This document shows positions 34,686-37,110 of a stretch of DNA of 37,110 nt, piece after piece. The translations under genes were made by a program, and so were the position numbers. Source of the stretch: a virus (taxonomy: Duplodnaviria; Caudoviricetes); the IMG/VR virus record IMGVR_UViG_3300016484_000628, positions 1 through 37,110 of that record; one strand, written 5' to 3'. The notes below the pieces were generated by a model. That model saw nothing but the letters and a program-made list of their open reading frames with translations. It was not told where the DNA came from and ran no database searches. Every line of letters starts with the position of its first letter. Position 1 is the first letter of the stretch.

Positions 34686-34715
34686 TTGACACTCCGTTGC
34701 GTTTACCGCAACACT
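34686..34715 (+). promoter_or_regulatory. rightward promoter with operator O6
   Basis: TTGACA 34686-34691; operator GTTGCG-tttac-CGCAAC at 34696-34712 in the spacer; -10-like AACACT at 18 bp. Confidence 0.75.
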
Positions 34716-34743
34716 TGTGGTCGCCCACCCTGATAACCCCAAC

Positions 34744-34983
34744 ATGAAGCGCAACGAAATGTCCCCCGCCGAGGTCGTGATCAAGGAGCTCGGCATTCCC
34801 ACGATCGCGGACGCGCTGGGCGTGAACCGGTCGACCATCCATCGCTGGCGCTACCCGCGCCCGCGCGGCAGTGGCGGCCGAGTCCCGAGTTGGTATCATC
34901 CGGACCTGTTGCAGCTGGCGCAGCGCGAAGGGCGCACGCTGTCGGCTGAGGACCTGGTGCTGGGACGAGCGAGGGCCGCCTGA
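34744..34983 (+). CDS. Cro-like HTH regulator
   Basis: 'VIKELG...IADALGVNRSTIHRW....GG.VP' Cro/YdaS-type HTH; first gene of the divergent operon. Confidence 0.85.
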   Translation: MKRNEMSPAEVVIKELGIPTIADALGVNRSTIHRWRYPRPRGSGGRVPSWYHPDLLQLAQREGRTLSAEDLVLGRARAA

Positions 34984-35571
34984 GTGAAGCAGCTGACTGA
35001 GCAGGACTACGCAAAGGCCGCCGCGCGCCTCGGGTGCGAGGTCGCCGCTATCAAGGCGGTGGCCGCGGTGGAATCGAGGGTGTCGGGGTTCCTCGTTGAC
35101 GGGCGCCCAGTCATCCTTTTCGAGCGGCACATCTTCCGCCGGCAGCTGGTCCAGAACCGCGTCGACCCCGCGCCGCACGAGCGCGCGCGACCTGACATCG
35201 TGAACCGCCGGCCTGGCGGATACGTCGGTGGCGCGGCTGAGCATGAACGACTCGCCGACGCGGTGGCCATCAACCGCGATGCCGCGCTCAAGTCCTGCTC
35301 GTGGGGCAAGTTCCAGATCATGGGGTTTAACTGGCGCGCGACTGGCCACGCGTCGCTGCAGGACTTCGTGAACGCGATGTACCGCGACGAGGCCGCGCAG
35401 CTGGATGCGTTCGTCGCGTTCCTGTACGCGGAGGGACTGGACGACGAGCTGGTGCGCCGCGACTGGGCGGCATTCGCCGAACGGTACAATGGCCCGGCGT
35501 ACCGCAAGAACCGCTACGACGCGAAGCTGGCCACCGCGTACAAGCGGTTCGCGATGAGGGCCGCTGCATGA
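34984..35571 (+). CDS. endolysin, N-acetylmuramidase (DUF3380) family
   Basis: 'A.IKAV..VES', 'ILFERH.F', 'SWG.FQIMGFN', 'FA..YNGP.Y..N.YD.KL'. Confidence 0.92.
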   Translation: MKQLTEQDYAKAAARLGCEVAAIKAVAAVESRVSGFLVDGRPVILFERHIFRRQLVQNRVDPAPHERARPDIVNRRPGGYVGGAAEHERLADAVAINRDAALKSCSWGKFQIMGFNWRATGHASLQDFVNAMYRDEAAQLDAFVAFLYAEGLDDELVRRDWAAFAERYNGPAYRKNRYDAKLATAYKRFAMRAAA

Positions 35572-35873
35572 GTGTTGGCATGACGCTACCGCAGCTGATG
35601 GAGATCGTGTTCGTCGGCGTGGTCGGATTCATGGCCATGCGAATCATGTCGCAGGGCAAGGAAATCGACGCGCTGAAACTTGAAATTGAGCGCGATTTCC
35701 AACGCAAGGACGGGCTCAAGGAGATGATTCGCGAGGCCGTCAGTAGCGCCATCGAGCCGCTTAAGGTGAAGATCGAGCACGCGATTGACGAGATCGACGC
35801 CGGGCGTCGTGACACCAACACGATTCTCGACAAGCTGGAATGGCCGGCGGTACGTCGCGATGACAAGCGCTGA
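35568..35873 (+). CDS. membrane-anchored coiled-coil protein of the lysis region
   Basis: N-terminal TM helix followed by a coiled coil; ATGA overlap. Confidence 0.65.
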   Translation: MSVGMTLPQLMEIVFVGVVGFMAMRIMSQGKEIDALKLEIERDFQRKDGLKEMIREAVSSAIEPLKVKIEHAIDEIDAGRRDTNTILDKLEWPAVRRDDKR

Positions 35874-36174
35874 TGATCCGCAGGACCTTATCGAAGCGCT
35901 GCGAGCCCGTCAGGTCAAGACAGACGAGCAACTGCGCGAGCTGCGCGGGCTGGTCGCGCAGGTATCAAACCCGCCGCAGGTGGTCAGTGCCAACGTCCAC
36001 CAATCGCCTGGGAGCGGGCTGGTCATCGCGTGCGCCGTGATGTTCGGCATGAACGTGATGCTGGCGGCGCTGGTGGTGGTGATGGGGATTCGACTGTTCG
36101 ACCTGGATGACAAGCTGAGCGCGATCTACATGCTGGCCCCGCATCTCAAGCCCGAGGAGGGCGCACGAAAATGA
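35860..36174 (+). CDS. membrane protein of the lysis region
   Basis: Coiled coil followed by a long hydrophobic helix. Confidence 0.65.
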   Translation: MTSADDPQDLIEALRARQVKTDEQLRELRGLVAQVSNPPQVVSANVHQSPGSGLVIACAVMFGMNVMLAALVVVMGIRLFDLDDKLSAIYMLAPHLKPEEGARK

Positions 36175-36365
36175 GCACCGTCATCATCCTGACCCCGCCG
36201 CCCCCGCCCCCGCCCCCGCGCGACCCGAAGCTGGCTGACCCCGATGGGTTCGCGCAGCAGGTCCGCCTGGTGGGCTCGGATGATGCGGGCGAAGAAGCCA
36301 AGCGCATGATCGATGATGCCGTCGCCGCAGGCTGGACCGTCCGCGTGGTGAGGGCTGACGAATGA
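36171..36365 (+). CDS. small Pro-rich hypothetical protein
   Basis: GAGGAGG RBS; ATGA overlaps at both ends. Confidence 0.65.
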   Translation: MSTVIILTPPPPPPPPRDPKLADPDGFAQQVRLVGSDDAGEEAKRMIDDAVAAGWTVRVVRADE

Positions 36366-36778
36366 ACGGCGTGCTCAAGTCCGCGGCTTGGTCGCTGCTG
36401 GCCGGCATCGTGTACCTGTTCGCCGCGCACGGCAAGGCGTTCTTCGAGGCCATGCACGCGGGCTGGCTGTTCTTCGTGAAGGTGACGAGCGACGCGCCGC
36501 TGGGCCTGTCCTCGTTCCTGCTCGCGCTCGCGCTGGCCACCGCGTCGCAGCCGTTCCTGACAAGGTGGATGCCGGCGCTCAAGTGCCCGCTGTCGCGCGA
36601 GTTCCTGATCGAATCCGCGGCGCTGGTGATCGGGCTCGGCGTCATGTGGGCGCAGCTGCGCACGCTGCCCGCGCTGATGCTGGGCACGCTGGCCGGGCTG
36701 CTGGCGCCGTATCTGCACAAGGGCCTGCATGCGCTGGTGTCGCTGACCGCGCGCGCTATCCGGGGCGGTGCGCCGTGA
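36362..36778 (+). CDS. multi-TM protein, holin candidate
   Basis: Three to four hydrophobic helices; lies upstream of the spanin. Confidence 0.55.
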   Translation: MNGVLKSAAWSLLAGIVYLFAAHGKAFFEAMHAGWLFFVKVTSDAPLGLSSFLLALALATASQPFLTRWMPALKCPLSREFLIESAALVIGLGVMWAQLRTLPALMLGTLAGLLAPYLHKGLHALVSLTARAIRGGAP

Positions 36779-37110
36779 CCTGGGCCGCGCTGGTCAAGCT
36801 GCTCGGCGGCATGCGCGCCACGGTGTTCGCCGGGCTCGCGCTGGTGCTGGCGATCGTGGCCGGCGTGCAGACGTACCGCGTTGACGACCGTGGCGACACC
36901 ATCGACGGCCTGCGCGCCGCCGCCGTGAATTGGGAGCAGGCCAACCGCGACAACGTGAAGGCGATCGAGGACCTGCGCAAGGCGAACGCCGCGTGGGCCG
37001 CTGCTGCCGACAACCGAACAAGGGAGGCGATCGAAGCGGTCGCCGCCGCCCAGGCCGAACGCGACCGGCTGCGGGCGGAACTTGACTCTCGTCGTCGCGA
37101 ACGCAAGGGG
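36775..37110 (+). CDS. Rz-like i-spanin (truncated by window end)
   Basis: GTGA overlap; N-terminal TM (VFAGLALVLAIVAGVQ) followed by an Ala-rich coiled coil; open to the window edge. Confidence 0.7.
   Translation, partial: MTWAALVKLLGGMRATVFAGLALVLAIVAGVQTYRVDDRGDTIDGLRAAAVNWEQANRDNVKAIEDLRKANAAWAAAADNRTREAIEAVAAAQAERDRLRAELDSRRRERKG

Noticed and set aside
36191-36218. Poly-proline C-rich tracts (also 8085-8118) as DNA repeats
   Set aside because: Explained by encoded Pro runs in plausible ORFs.

Overview
A GC-rich, nearly complete (probably circularly permuted) genome of a tailed phage with a podovirus-type, T7/BPP-1-like virion module. On the + strand the order is: small overlapping accessory genes (26-2279), fused primase-helicase (CHC2 + TOPRIM + DUF3987-type), a probable replication origin, terS, four small genes, terL, portal, scaffold, major capsid, cement, head-spike genes, tail tubular A, a split tail tubular B, internal (ejected) proteins including a transglycosylase and a 2576-aa polyvalent protein, and tail fibres. 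A leftward RecE-like recombination operon follows, then a divergent control region and a Cro-like HTH directly followed by a lysis cassette. No integrase, CI-type repressor, polymerase, tRNA or CRISPR array is visible. The most striking non-gene signal is a possible regulatory circuit. Six 17-bp palindromes (GTTGCG-N5-CGCAAC) sit at the start of the main operons. A minus-strand, roughly 95-nt structured RNA (about 2260-2355) has two CCUCCCC loops complementary to the head-operon leader and to the AAGGGG Shine-Dalgarno sites of primase and RecE. A second small promoter-to-terminator unit lies where cI would normally be. Also notable are three tandem ART-like cassettes in the ejected giant protein and an in-frame split nozzle gene. 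All family assignments come from motif recognition, not database searches.
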